From NCBI GenBank assembly GCA_051313645.2, contig JBNRSN020000003.1, positions 63,178,001 through 63,242,000 on the forward strand: 64,000 nucleotides of DNA. The letters run 5' to 3'. The DNA is from Centroscyllium fabricii. Its lineage: Eukaryota. This document shows positions 1-12,267 of this stretch, one piece after another (the stretch's first letter is position 1; each line of letters begins with the position of its first letter). The position numbers and the translations under genes are program-made. Below the pieces are notes generated by a model, which was not told the DNA's origin, did no database searches, and saw only the letters and a program-made list of their open reading frames with translations.

Positions 1-3000
1 GTAGAGAGGGCTTTAAACTAACTAGTGGGGGGGGAGGTTTTTCGAGAGCAAATAGTAAAAATAACAGAGAAGGTCATAGACTTGGGTAACAGTGGGGAAG
101 ATAAAAACCACAGCGTGTCAGGGAGGGACAGAAGGTATGGAGTAAAAGGTAAAGTAATAAAGCAAAAAGCAGGAACAAAGTGTCACAAAACATATTTGAA
201 AGTTCTCTATCTGAATGCACGTAGCATTCATAACAAAATAGACGAGTTAATGGCACAAATAACTACATATGGGTATGATCTTGTGGCCATTACAGAAACA
301 TGGCTGCAGGCTGACAATGCCTGGGAATTAAACAGGTTATTTAACGATCAGGAAGGACAGGCAGGAAGGAAGGGGCGGTGGGGTGGCTATGTTAATAAAG
401 GAAGGAATCACGGTAATACAGAGAAATGATATTGGGTCAAAAGATCAGAATAATGAAACCGTTTGGGTGGAGATAAAGAATAATAAGGGGGGAAAAAAAC
501 ACTAGTGGGTGTAGTCTATAGGCCTCCAAACAGTTCCAACTCTGTTGGACGGAGTATCAATCAAGAAATAGTCGAGGCTTGTAATAATGGAACATCTATA
601 ATCATGGGGGATTTTAACTATCATATAGATTAGACAAATCAAATTGGGCAGGGCTGCCTTGAGGAGGAGTTCATTGAGTGTATTAGGGACGGGTTTCTTG
701 AGCAGTACATAGCTGAACCGACCAGGGGGCAAGCAACCTTAGATCTGGTCCTGTGTAACGAGACAGGATTAATTAAAAATGTCCTAGTAAAGGATTCCCT
801 TGGAATGAGTGACCATAACATGGTTGAATTCCATATTCAATTAGATGATGAGAAGGTTGGATCTCAAACAAGCGTGCTAAGCTTGAATAAAAGAGACTAT
901 GTAAGGATGAGAGAGGAATTGATTGGAGTGGATTGGGAAAACAGATTAAAGGGTAAGACGATACATGATCAGTGGTGTACATTTAAGGAGTTACTTTACA
1001 ACTTCCAAAAAATATATATTCCACTGAGAAGAAAAGGGTGTGAAAGAAAAGACAGCCATCCGTGGCTAAGCAAAGAAATTAAGGATAGTATTCGACAGAA
1101 AACAAGGGCATATAAGGTAGCCAAATCTACTGGGAGGATAGAGGATTGGGAAAACTTTAAAAGACAGCAAAAAGCAACAAAAAGATTGATTAAGAAAGGG
1201 AAGATAGATTATGAAAGTAAATTGGCAAAAAATATAAAAACAGATAGTAAGAGTTTCTATAGTTATATAAAAAGAAAAAGGGTGGCTAAAGTAAATGTTG
1301 GTCCCCTAGAGGATGAGACTGGGAAATTAATGGTGGGAAGTATGGGGATGGCAAAAACACTGAATATTTTGTATCAGTCTTTACAGTAGAGGACACTAAG
1401 AATATCACAACACTGGACAAACGGAGGTCTATAGGGGAGGAGGAGCTAAGCACGATCAAAATCACTAAGGAAGTGGTACTCGGTAAATTAATGGGGCTCA
1501 AGGTGGATAAATCACCTGGACCTGATGGCTTACATCCTAGGGTCTTGAGGGAAGTGGCGGTAGGCATTGTGGATGCATTGGTAATAATTTTCCAAAACTC
1601 CCTGGACTCAGCAAAAGTTCCGGCAGACTGGAAAACTGCGAACGTAACACCCTTATTTAAAAAGGCAGTAGACAGAAGGCTGGAAATTATAGACCGGTTA
1701 GCCTAACGTCTGTCGTGGGTAAAATTTTGGAGTCTGTTATTAAGGAGACAGTAACAGGACGTTTGGATAAACTTAATTTAATAGGACAAAGTCAGCATGG
1801 TTTTACGAAGGGGAAGTCTTGTTTGACAAATTTGTTGGAGTTCTTTGAGGAAGTAACATATAGGGTGGATAAAGGGGAACCAGTGGACGTAGTATATCTA
1901 GACGTTTAAAAGGCATTTGACAAGGTGCCACAGGGCCATGACCAGTTAAACGATTACTGCTTAAAATAAAAAATCGCGGAATTGGGGGTAATATTCTGGC
2001 ATGGATAGAGGATTAGCTATCTAACAGAAGGCAGAGAGTTGGGATAAATCGTTCATTCTCAGACTGGCAATCGGTAACTAGTGGTGTTCCGCAGGGGTCA
2101 GTGCTGGGTCCCCAACTCTTTACAATTTATATTAACGATTTGGAGGAGGGGACCGAGTGTAACATATCAAAGTTTGCAGATGATACTAAGATGGGAGGGA
2201 AAGTGGTGAATGAGGAGGACATAAAGAACCTGCAAGGGGACATAGACAGGCTAAGTCAGTGGGCAGAGATTTGGCAGATGGAGTACAATACTGGAAAGTG
2301 TGAGGTTCTGCATTTTGGCAGGAAAAATCGTTGAGCGGATTATTATCTTAATGGCAAGAAACTAGAAAGTACTGTAGTACAAAGGGATCTGGGGGTCCTG
2401 GTTAATGAAACTCAAAAGGTTAGTATGCAGGTGCAGCAAGTAATTAAGAAAGCCAATGGAATGTTGGCTTTCATTGCTAGGGGGATAGAATATAAAAATA
2501 GGGAGGTATTGCTTCAGTTGTACAAGGTATTGGTGAGACCGCACCTGGAATGCTGCATACAGTTTTGGTGTCCATACTTAAGAAAGGACATACTCGCTCT
2601 CGAGTCAGTACAAAGAAGGTTCACTCGGTTAATCCCAGGGATGAGGGGTTGGACATATGAGGAGAGGTTGAGTAGATTGGGACTCTACTCATTGGAGTTT
2701 AGAAGAATGAGGGGTGATCTTATTGAAACATATAAGATTGTGAAGGGGTTGGATGGGGTGGATGCGGGGAAGATGTTCCCAATGATGGGTGAAACTAGAA
2801 CTAGGAGGCATAAACTTGGAATAAGGGGCTGCTCTTTCAAAACTGAGATGAGGAGAAACTACTTCACTCAGAGGGTAGTAGGTCCATAGAACATGCTGCC
2901 CCAAAAAGCTGTAGAAGCAACATCATTACATAAATTTAAACAGAAATAGACAGTTTCCTAGTAATAAAAGGGATTAAAGGTTACGGGGAGCGGGCAGGAA

Positions 3001-3095
3001 TTTGGACATGAGTTTAGGTTCAGATCGGTCATGGCTCTGTGGGTAGTGGAGCGGGCCCAGGGACTGTGTCGCCTGATCCTGCTCCTATTTTGTGT
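1..3095 (+). mobile_element. CR1-clade LINE, decayed ORF2 (APE endonuclease + reverse transcriptase) and 3' UTR; begins upstream of the window
   Basis: ORF fragments YLNARSI/AITETW (APE), SDHNMV, KSPGPDGLHPRVL, QHGF..GKSCLTNL, QGSVLGP, KFADDTK, RRMRGDLIETYKI; many stops and frameshifts. Confidence 0.95.
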
Positions 3096-3134
3096 GTCGA
3101 ATTCTGTTAGATGCAGGAGATGCTTCTGTGATAG

Positions 3135-3240
3135 TAGGTTGGTTGTTAGGATCAGATCAGCCATGATCTTATTGAATGGTGGGGTGGGCTCGAGGGGCCG
3201 ATTGGCCTACTCCTGCTCCTATTTCTTATGTTCTTATGTT
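3135..3240 (+). mobile_element. CR1-type 3' tail fragment
   Basis: GATCAGCCATGATCTTATTGAATGG...GGCCTACTCCTGCTCCTATT followed by (TTCTTATG)n. Confidence 0.85.
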
Positions 3241-3403
3241 CAGCTACCTCACATCTCTTGTGAATTTTTAGTGACTGCTCCAAGTCCCGTTCCTCCTCCT
3301 ACTTTTAATGGACACCCATGCATGGAGTAGACGTACCTCAAGTTGCCTGGCCTTGGGTGCATAACACAGCAGTTCTTTGCTATAAATTACATCAGTAATT
3401 TAT

Positions 3404-4075
3404 GAAACATAGAAGATAATAATAATAATAATTCAACTTTATTGTCATTACACAATGTACAAGTACATGAACAACGAAATGTGATCTTGCAAGCTCCCAA
3501 GAGTCCCGCAAAGCCGCTGCGTCTGTGCGCGCCGCCATTCCATCTTTCCATCATTCCGACAATCTTCAGCCAACCGCCCCTCCCCGGGGCTCCTTTCGTG
3601 ACCTTCTGCACCTGGTATTCCCTGGTGGTCACCCCTCCAAGTACTAACCAGGCCTGGCTCTGCTTAGCTTCCAAGCCTTGCCAGTGGCCCTGTCCCTAGT
3701 CCCAGGAACAGGAGTAGGCCATTCGGCCCTTCGAGCCTGCTCCGCCATTCAATGAGATCATGGCTGATCATCCAAACCCAGCACCCCGCCCCTGCCCTCC
3801 CCCCATATCCCTATCGAGCCTACACCGACACGTATCCCACCCTATCACCGTAACCCCACATATTCAACCCCCCTAACACTAAGGGTCAATTTATCATGGC
3901 CAATCAACCTAACCCGCACATCTTTGGACTGTGGGAGGAAACCGGAGCACCCGGAGGAAACCCACGCAGACACGGGAAGAATGTGCAAACTCCACACAGA
4001 TGGTACCCGAGGCTGGATTTGAACCCGGGTCTCCAGAGCTGTGAGGCAACAGTGCCACTGTGCCACCGTGCCGCC
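3404..4075 (-). mobile_element. HE1-like tRNA-derived V-SINE with CR1 tail; tail interrupted by an insertion at 3419-3704
   Basis: Minus strand: GGCGGCACGGTGGCACAGTGG head, GGTTCAAATCC B box, V-domain TGTGTGGAGTTTGCACATTCT...GGGTTTCCTCCGGGTGCTCCGG. Confidence 0.9.
3419..3704 (-). mobile_element. 5S rRNA-derived SINE (SINE3-type) with Rex1/Babar-like 3' tail and (TTA)n end
   Basis: Minus strand of 3606-3675 reads CTTGGAAGCTAAGCAGAGCCAGGCCTGGTTAGTACTTGGAGGGGTGACCACCAGGGAATACCAGGTGCAG, matching the 5S internal control region; tail matches 45145-45195. Confidence 0.8.
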
Positions 4076-5114
4076 TAAATCAACTTGCAACTTCCTTATG
4101 TTCATTTGCATTTCAGCTGCAAATGTAATAATAGTGCTATCTATAGTGTTGGATCAACTGAATAGATTAATCCAAATTTTATAGGTTTGGACACCAGTGA
4201 TAAATCAACTGGGTTTTATTGATAAAGTAAAAGCAAGTGTTTACATCTATATACTTAGATATAGGATATCCATTTGGGTCTTCAAACTACAAACCAACCC
4301 AGGCTAATTCTCAGCACAGAATACCAAAGAATTACTGAAAGTGAGCTTATTTATACACCTAGATGGACAATGCCAGATCACTTGGTTTGAACCTAGTAAT
4401 TCTGAGATTGTCATGTGATCTTTGTCATATGCTACTACACCAGTAGATGGCAATTGTCACACCATACACTCCATTCTCACTGGAATGTGGCTGGCATTTA
4501 ATTTCTTATCAGTAAAAGATGAGACAATTTTTCATTGTTATAAACATCACGTTAACAACTGAAACCAAAATGTGTTTCCAAGCTAGCTATAACTCTATGC
4601 AAAACACCTTGATGCTTCTTAAATTACCTTAAACAGATACCTCCTGCTTACTTAGCTTTGGTGTGCGGAATCCTAACGACCTAATCTAAGCCATGTGTTA
4701 GCCTTTATCTCTCAGAATACATTCTCCTAATAAAAAGATATTAATACTGACTTCTGTATTAAGCTATTCTTCCTATTATATAATATGCTATCCTACATAT
4801 AGCTTCAAGATCATTGATAAAAATAATGAATAGTAAATGAAGCAGCACAGATCCTTGGAGAACACTAATCATCAGTCCCCCAATTTGAATCCTTCAAATA
4901 ATAGCTACTCTCTTTACGCAATCTCGCCCAGCTCAAAATTCTGTGTGAGCCTGGATGGGGAGTATTGGGAGGCTGTTAAACTATGGGGTGTCACAGCTGA
5001 GCTGCTCTCTCCTGATTTTTCTCTCATGCACTTTTCAGCATGAATTAGATAGTGATCACGTGCAAGAATGTCATCTGTTCTCTTCTCTCCCTGTCTCTTA
5101 ACCCAGGAGCGGAG

Positions 5115-5650
5115 GTCAATTGCGGCATCTTGCCTCAGGCCATCTAACTTGAGATGAATTGGTAATTAAGCCTGAGATTTTCGGGTCTGGATGGCTGCCA
5201 ATAGAACAAGCTGTAGTTTGGGGAATGGGAGGCTGGCCCACGAGCATTGCAGTAATTGATTTTGGAGGTGACCGAGACAAATATGTGGGTTTCAGCAGCC
5301 AGTAGGCTGAGGTAGGAGCAGAGGCGGATGATGTCATGGAGGTAGAGGTAAGCAGTCTTTGTGACAAAGAGTATAGGGGTTGAAAGCTCAGCTCGGATCA
5401 GCCCAAGACAGTGGCTGGGGGAGCAGGTTATGACCGGCACCAAAGATCATGACTGTGATCTTCCCAGTATTTTTGAAGGGAACTGAAATTCATCCAAGAC
5501 TGACTCGGAGGCAGTAGTAGTTTGAGAGACCTGGTGGAGAGGTCGAGCTAGGTATCATCGGTGTACATGTGGCAGCTGTGTCTGTCTGCAGATGTTGTTG
5601 TGGCATAACCCCTAGATGTGGAGTAAAGGGACATTTTTGGGGTGGGAAGA
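5115..5650 (-). mobile_element. Highly decayed L2-like LINE fragment
   Basis: Remnant peptide HIFVSVTSKINYCNA, similar to the L2 ORF2 motif HAFVTSRLDYCNA. Confidence 0.6.
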
Positions 5651-6436
5651 GAAGTCTTTTCTACAGATGCTATATTCAGATAGTATACTGTTGCTTCCTT
5701 TCCGTTTCTTGCAGACAAGGTCTTCCTCTGTGCAAATAAATAGCTTCCAGGTAAGATAAATTAGCCAAAGTTTGAAGTCCAGATGCTTTTTGTATTTTTC
5801 TGTTAATGGATAATTTGGTTACTATCACTCGCCTGGAACTTTTTTTATTCAAGCATAAGGTGGGAATGAGAGAGAGGCATTTAGCTTCCCCTTTCATCCA
5901 GATCCATGCAGATTATTTTCATAAAAGAGCATGAGATTATTGCACAATTATGGAAAGGAAGGAAGAAAGTTTCCCTGTAGCATTTAACCACTTGAGAAAA
6001 GGCAAAGCAAAGTGCCAAATCACCGAGGAGAATTCAAAGTTAATAATGCATTTAGAAATCCTAAAAGAATGAAAAGCTTTATTTGATGAAATCCAGTATG
6101 CATTTTTTATTTTTATGAAAGTTGTATCCACAATTTTTTCTTGCAATAAAAAAGTGGCAGGTTAAATGACTAGAGTGCCCATGCCATCCTGAAGTTACCC
6201 AGAATCACCGGCTGAAAGGAAAATAGTAGCATTCCCCAAATGCAATGATACTGAATTTATCCACAGAACAATAATGCTATATCACACTAGGTAGAGGATT
6301 TTTCTTGAGTAATCTATTAAGTTGGATAAATGGTGTTTTTCTCTTGATACTGGGGCTCCAGCAGAGCAATGCTAATGACCTCCCAAGTACTGTTCTTCCA
6401 TTTTTGCTGTCACAGTGGACTATAGTGCCTATTCAG

Positions 6437-6897
6437 TATCCGCTGTGGCTCAGTGGGCAGCAGTCTTGCCTCTGAGTCAGAAGGTTGGGGAATCAAGTCC
6501 CACTCCAGAGACTAGAGCACAAAATCTAGGCTGACCCTCCAGTGCCGTGCTGAGGGAGCACTGTACTATCGGAGGTGCCGTTTTTCAGATGAGACATTAA
6601 ACCGAGGCCCGTCTGCGCTCTCAGGTAGATGATCCTATGTCATTATTTCGAAGCAGAGCAGGAAAGTTAACCCTGGTGTCCTGGCCAATACATATCCCTC
6701 AATCAACATCACTAAAAACAGATTATCTGGTCATTATCACATTGTTGTTTGTGGGAGCTTGCTGTGTGCAAAATTGCTTGCTGGCGCGTTTCCTCCATTA
6801 CAACAATGACTCCACTTCAAAAATTACTTCATTGGCTGTAAAGCGCTTTGGGACATCCGGTGGTCGTGAAACGCACTGTATAAATGCAAGTTTTTCT
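6437..6897 (+). mobile_element. SacSINE1-like tRNA-derived Deu-domain SINE with L2-type tail
   Basis: Head GTGGCTCAGTGG...GAATCAAGTCC; Deu-like core GAGGTGCCGTTTTTCAGATGAGACATTAAACCGAGGCCC; tail TGTAAAGCGCTTTGGGAC...ATAAATGCAAG. Confidence 0.8.
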
Positions 6898-7349
6898 TGG
6901 AGAGTTAGGAGTAACTACTCCTTGGGACCCAAGGAACGTTGGATCCTAGATCCTGTTGGAGGTGCAAAGTTTGGCTGCTGCCAACAGTACAATATTGTCA
7001 CTATAAAAGCACCTAGATTCCCCTTTAAGAAAAATTGAAGTAGCCTAATAGGAATGAAGTATATATTAAAGCTTACTGTTCCTAATATTCTGATTGTAAA
7101 AGATACATTTAGATTGCTTGAAAATGGCCATGTGAATTCTCAACAAAATCCAAGTGGCACCAACTTCCCTTCAATTATATCAATGTTCCTTGTATGCATC
7201 ATGTAGTGTGTTTCAGATTGACATTATGTCTCTTACCACAAAACTAACTATTGCTTATGGAAGTGATGGGAATTTGCAGTTTCATGGTGACTTCCTTTGG
7301 AAACCGATTCAAGCTAGGTGTCTCAGTGTCTGAGAACAGAATAAAACAA

Positions 7350-7890
7350 TTTGCATTTATCGGGTCCTCAAACTATTACAAAGCACTTAATGGATTCCTT
7401 TGTGAAGCACGGTCACTAATGAGGTGTAGACTTATTTGGCAAGGGCATTAAGGGTTATGGAACCAAGGTGGGTAGATGGAATTAAGATACAGATCGGTCG
7501 TGATCTGATTGAATGGCGACAAGCCCAAGGGGCTGAATGGCCTACTCCTGTTCCTATGACATGTGGCAGCCAATTTGTACATAGTAAGATCCCACAAACT
7601 GCAAATGAATGACCAGATGATCTGTATTTTGGCAGTGTTGGTTTAGAGAGGATCTTGGCCAGGCTTCCTGTTCCTCTTTACATAGTGTCTTGGAATCTCT
7701 CGCACTTTCCAGAACAAGCACAGGAGGCATCGGTATGATGTCTCACCCAACAAATCTAACCTAAGAAAATGCAGCACTCTCGGTACTGCACTGTAGCGTC
7801 CGTCTAGAAGGTGTGCTTATTTCCATAGTGGGGCTTGAACCCATATTCTTCTGACTTAGGTGAGTGTTACTAACTGACCCAAGCTGACAC
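7350..7890 (-). mobile_element. Decayed SacSINE1-like copy containing a + strand CR1 tail fragment (about 7435-7560)
   Basis: Similar to the reverse complement of 6437-6897; CR1 tail GGCTGAATGGCCTACTCCTGTTCCTATG inside. Confidence 0.65.
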
Positions 7891-8602
7891 TTAAGAACTG
7901 AATGTTTCTGGGTGTTTGGTATTGTATTTGTCAGCAAGCGCTTCTAGCTGTAACTATGTTATAAGACCATTATCTTTCTAATGTAAAATGATATTAATTC
8001 ACATGAATTTCCATACCGAGTGCAACATAATACTTTTGGAGACTTCAATGTGGGTTTGACGGGTGATACAAGAGGAGGAATGTAATGACTTTGAATTTGC
8101 TTTAGCTGTTCTCGCTGCCCTGATAACTTGAATAAGGCTACCGATGTTTGTTTGAGCACACTATGAATTGCACTTAAATTTTTTTTTAAATTCTTGAATA
8201 GTCTGGCTATTTTGTACTTTGTAAAAATCTAGATTAGATTGTAAAAATCTAGATTAGATAGTGATGGGCATAGCTCATGATGGTACTACTTTACCAGTCT
8301 AATGATTACTTTTTTATATAAAAGTACTATGGTAATGGAAAAAAAATGGTTCATTTTCTAACTCCCATTAGGTGCACAATAAGAGTGATGCCATTTAAAT
8401 GTATCTGCTTATCTCTAATTGACACTCGCTGAGATGGCAACGATGCTTTAATTTTAAAAATTCATGTATGAAAGTTGCATGAGTTGGAGTGACCTTTTCT
8501 AACCTCAGTTTGTGCATCTAGAATTTATATTTGGGAAGACTTTAGGATAATTGGGGATAGATTAACAAAGTTGGGCGGAATGCCTTCCTCTTAAATAATA
8601 AT

Positions 8603-9286
8603 GGCCCAAAAATTAGCCTTGGAGCCTTCCTGCGTGTGTATGCCTCCAAGGCACACTTACCCTGCGCTCCTGCCGTTCTACAATTCTAGGATGTGAAATC
8701 CCGAGTTGTACAGCTGCTGCAAGCTCCAGGCGCCCTGCTGGTGCAACTCAACGGCGTAGTTAGTGGGAGATCTCGCACGGGACCACGTGATCTGCAGGGA
8801 GCCAATGAATGGAAGCAATCCTCCATTCATAACTTACACGGAGAAATCGGTGTAAGTTATGAAAAGGAAGAGCTTCAAAAACACATCTAAACACACAAAT
8901 AAAATTTAAAAAACACTTTAACAATACTTTAACATAAATGACCTATTAAAGAAAAAATAAAGTAAAAACCTGTTAAAAAAACAAAACTTTAAATTCTATA
9001 AAATAAAACACTTACCTGATAAAAAGGGGTCGTTACGGCTGATATTTTTCAGCGTAAAATCTTCAATACTTATCCCGATAAAAATCTCTGAACAAAATCG
9101 GAATTCCACGCTCAGATGAACGCGATACAGCTCGCTGCAGCTCGCGATCCCCCGCTGGCTGTCATCGGAATTACAGGTGGCACCAGGAAACGGCTACTAC
9201 CTGCAATTCAGAGCCCGGGTGCTTGAGTACCCGGCTCCAAAACCTCCTTATTTTAAACCTCCTAAAACCACCCTAATGTTTGGGCC
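8603..9286. mobile_element. Harbinger-type MITE
   Basis: TIRs GGCCCAAAAATTAG / CTAATGTTTGGGCC (1 mismatch); internal similarity to 61119-61882; flanks AAT/ATT. Confidence 0.75.
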
Positions 9287-9934
9287 ATTGTGAACAGGCC
9301 ACTTAAATTCTATTCCATTGAGCCTTTGGCTTTACAAACCCAGCTCCATCTTTCTGTATCTTTAGAATAAAGCTTAATCTACAGCTTTGGCAGTAAAGGA
9401 TGTTTTAATTTTATTCTGTCTGTAGAATGGATAAGGAAATACAAATTAAATACTTAATAATTTTTGTGGACTAGAATTCTAATTTTGTCTAGATGCTTGG
9501 AGGTTATTGCTTTTAAATTTGTTCATTTAATTTACATAGTTTTTTAAAACTAGCTTACATCACTGTCAGTGAGGTTGGAAAGTTTTGGTTATTGAGGAAG
9601 ACCTATTGAGTCTTTTATTTTTCACTCTTCCCCAGAGGGCATAATGCGGCACTGCAATGCAGGAGATGATTCCTATATGCTTATGCAGTATGTTAATTAG
9701 AGTATTTTAGGGTTTTTGGTGGGAGCAGCATGACTACAAAGGTATTCTTGATTTACGATCAAATCTGTAATGGGCCTCCCTCTGACTCTCGGCCTGCTAC
9801 AGCTACAAACAGGCTCAACTGTTAGAAGCTGACCTCAGCCGCAACCGATAGGTTCTGTGGACAGTTGCGAAGAAATCAAATGGGGAATATAAAAGCCATT
9901 TTCTGTATATACCTGTACTTATAAGCGACCGAAT

Positions 9935-10390
9935 GAACTTGCATTTATATAGTGCCTTTCACAACCTCCGGATATTCCAAAGCACTTCATAGCCAATGAA
10001 TGACTTTCTGAAGTGTGGTCACTGTTGGGATGTAGGGGAATGTGGCAGTCAAATTGCACACAGCAAGGTCTCCCAAACAGCAATGAGAGAAATCACCAGT
10101 TAAGCTGTTTATTTTAGTGGCGTGGCGTTGGTTTGAGGGATAAATGTTGACTGGGGCACCCGGAGAACTCCCATGCTGCTCTTGGAATAGTGCCATGGGA
10201 TCTTTTACATCCACCTGAGAGAACAGATGGGACTTCGGTCCATCATCTCATCTAGTCTCCAACAGTGTAGCACTCCCTCGGTGTTGCACTGAAGTGTCAG
10301 CCAAGCTTATGTGCTCGAGTCCTGGAGTGAGGCTTGAACCCACAACCATCTGACTGAGGTGAGCGAGGGTGCTACTATTGAACCACGGCT
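9935..10390 (-). mobile_element. SacSINE1-like Deu-SINE copy
   Basis: Reverse-complement match to 6437-6897, including CTCTCAGGTGGATGTAAAAGATCCCATGGCACTATT. Confidence 0.8.
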
Positions 10391-10795
10391 TTAGCCCTTC
10401 TAATCTTTTTCACCTTCCGACAACACTTTCCATATTACTCATGATTATTTTCAATATTAGTAGCCCTAACTTTTATCATATTTGGACCTTTTTACGTTTT
10501 AGTTTCATTGTAGTAATCTATTTATCCATAGAACTCCATTTGACACAATCCATTTTGCCTTGGAATAGATTTACTTTGCATTCTACAGCAATAAAAACTT
10601 GCGTTTGTTTGTACATACTTGGTGGTTAACCAGATTTCTCTTTATTGAAGGTAATATGCTAAATTTTCAGTGTATTTTAGCCTTCAAACTGTAAAATATT
10701 AGCCAATTTTACCGATGCCAAGAGTTCATGTGCTCCAAGCATCATATTCTGTGTACATATTTACAAGTCTATTTTGGCAGTGGTAATTCAAAATT

Positions 10796-11115
10796 CAGGT
10801 ACATAACCCTTTATCCGAAAACCTCGGGACTGGGTGGGTCTCGATTTTTCGGGATTTTTCGGGTTTTAGAGTGCCCAGTGCGCATGCGCAGATCGCATGC
10901 GCATTGCCGTGTTTGCGGCCCAGTTCGCAGTCGGGGAACGGCATATCGGCCGTTTATTTCCTCAGCACAGCATCAACAGCACGAAATCAAGGTAAAAACA
11001 TATTTTTGCTGCTGCAGCTGGTCACTTCCTTCAATTTATTTAAGAACAAAATGGTTATTTTGGCGCAACTCGGGATTTCAGTTTTTGGAGTTGCGAATAA
11101 GGGATTGTGTACCTG
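10796..11115. mobile_element. MITE, probably Tc1/mariner-pogo (Tigger-like)
   Basis: Imperfect TIRs CAGGTACATAACCCTTTATCCG / GCGAATAAGGGATTGTGTACCTG; TA target duplication not intact. Confidence 0.65.
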
Positions 11116-12180
11116 TGCAAAGATGTATATGCTATGGTTGGGATATTGTGATTTTTTTTTTTTTTTTACAGTATATACGAGTGAGTATTAGGGCTGATGA
11201 CTTGAAGCTTTAGCTACTTTTTTAAAATTTAGGTACACTGAGCTGTTTCAACTACACCACTTATGCATTGTGTAAAACATTCCTGAGGTTAAAATAAATG
11301 TTTCTGGCAAAATAAAAATAATGCAGCTGGAAACCAGTTCTCAAGTCTCTAAAGCAGCACTGGATAATGATGTAGTACACTTAAAGCTTTAAACATGAAG
11401 AAACGCAATCTAATCCTTTGTACTTTCCTGAAGCTTTGAAGCTCGAAAGCCTTTGTTCCAGCTCGAATGCTACACCATTTGGTTGGGCACGCTTTTTTTA
11501 ATGGTTAGACTGCATTCGTTATTTCAATTCATCCTGAAGGGATCAGCATCATATTGGCTTAGCCAAAATTAATGTGCACAGTTTTTCAAATAACTTTCTT
11601 ATGCATGATAAAGACCATGACGATGAACCTGCTGGTCTCCACTCTCTTGTCTCTGAGCTCCTGTAGACCTCTGTCTTTCACAGTCTGAACCTCCTGCAGT
11701 GAACACACAGTTCGATCAATAACTCAATAACTTTTTTCATGCAGTAATTATCTGAGATATTACTTGGACACTGCGTTTCTTTATTACCCCAAAGATGAAA
11801 GCTTTTTATGTCAACTGCAGATCCTTTTGTTTTAAAAAAAAAACAGTAAAATAAAAACAGACTTTGTATCTGATCTGTGAAATTATGAATATAAATTAAA
11901 GGCAAATATTTGAATCAATTACTTGAATAAATTCATTACAATATATTTAATTAGTTTAACAATTTTAATTGTAATTTTCATATTGTAAAGAAACCGTGCA
12001 ACATCTATGGTGATTCAAAGTATTGACATTTCTACAATAAATCTGAATACAATATCATGCAATTCCGTTCAAAGCATGGAGTAGAATGGGTGGTATCCAG
12101 GGTGTTTTTAATAGCCTGATCCCGTTGTTGTTTCCAGACTCATTTTTCCCTCCCTGTCCTGTTTTTTGTTTTCTTTTCAG

Positions 12181-12267
12181 ATTGAGGTTCTGCAGGAAGC
12201 ACGGATGATGATTCCAGATTGTCAGCGTCGGTTGGCAGCTGCCCACAGTAGCCTTTCACAACTATTG
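12181..12267 (+). CDS. TBCA: Tubulin-specific chaperone A, penultimate coding exon
   Basis: ttttcag|IEVLQEARMMIPDCQRRLAAAHSSLSQLL|gtgagt; matches human AEILQESRMMIPDCQRRLEAA; phase 0 at both ends. Confidence 0.95.

Noticed and set aside
3606-3675. Functional 5S rRNA gene
   Set aside because: Only the 3' 70 nt match, with substitutions; it is fused to a body and LINE-type tail
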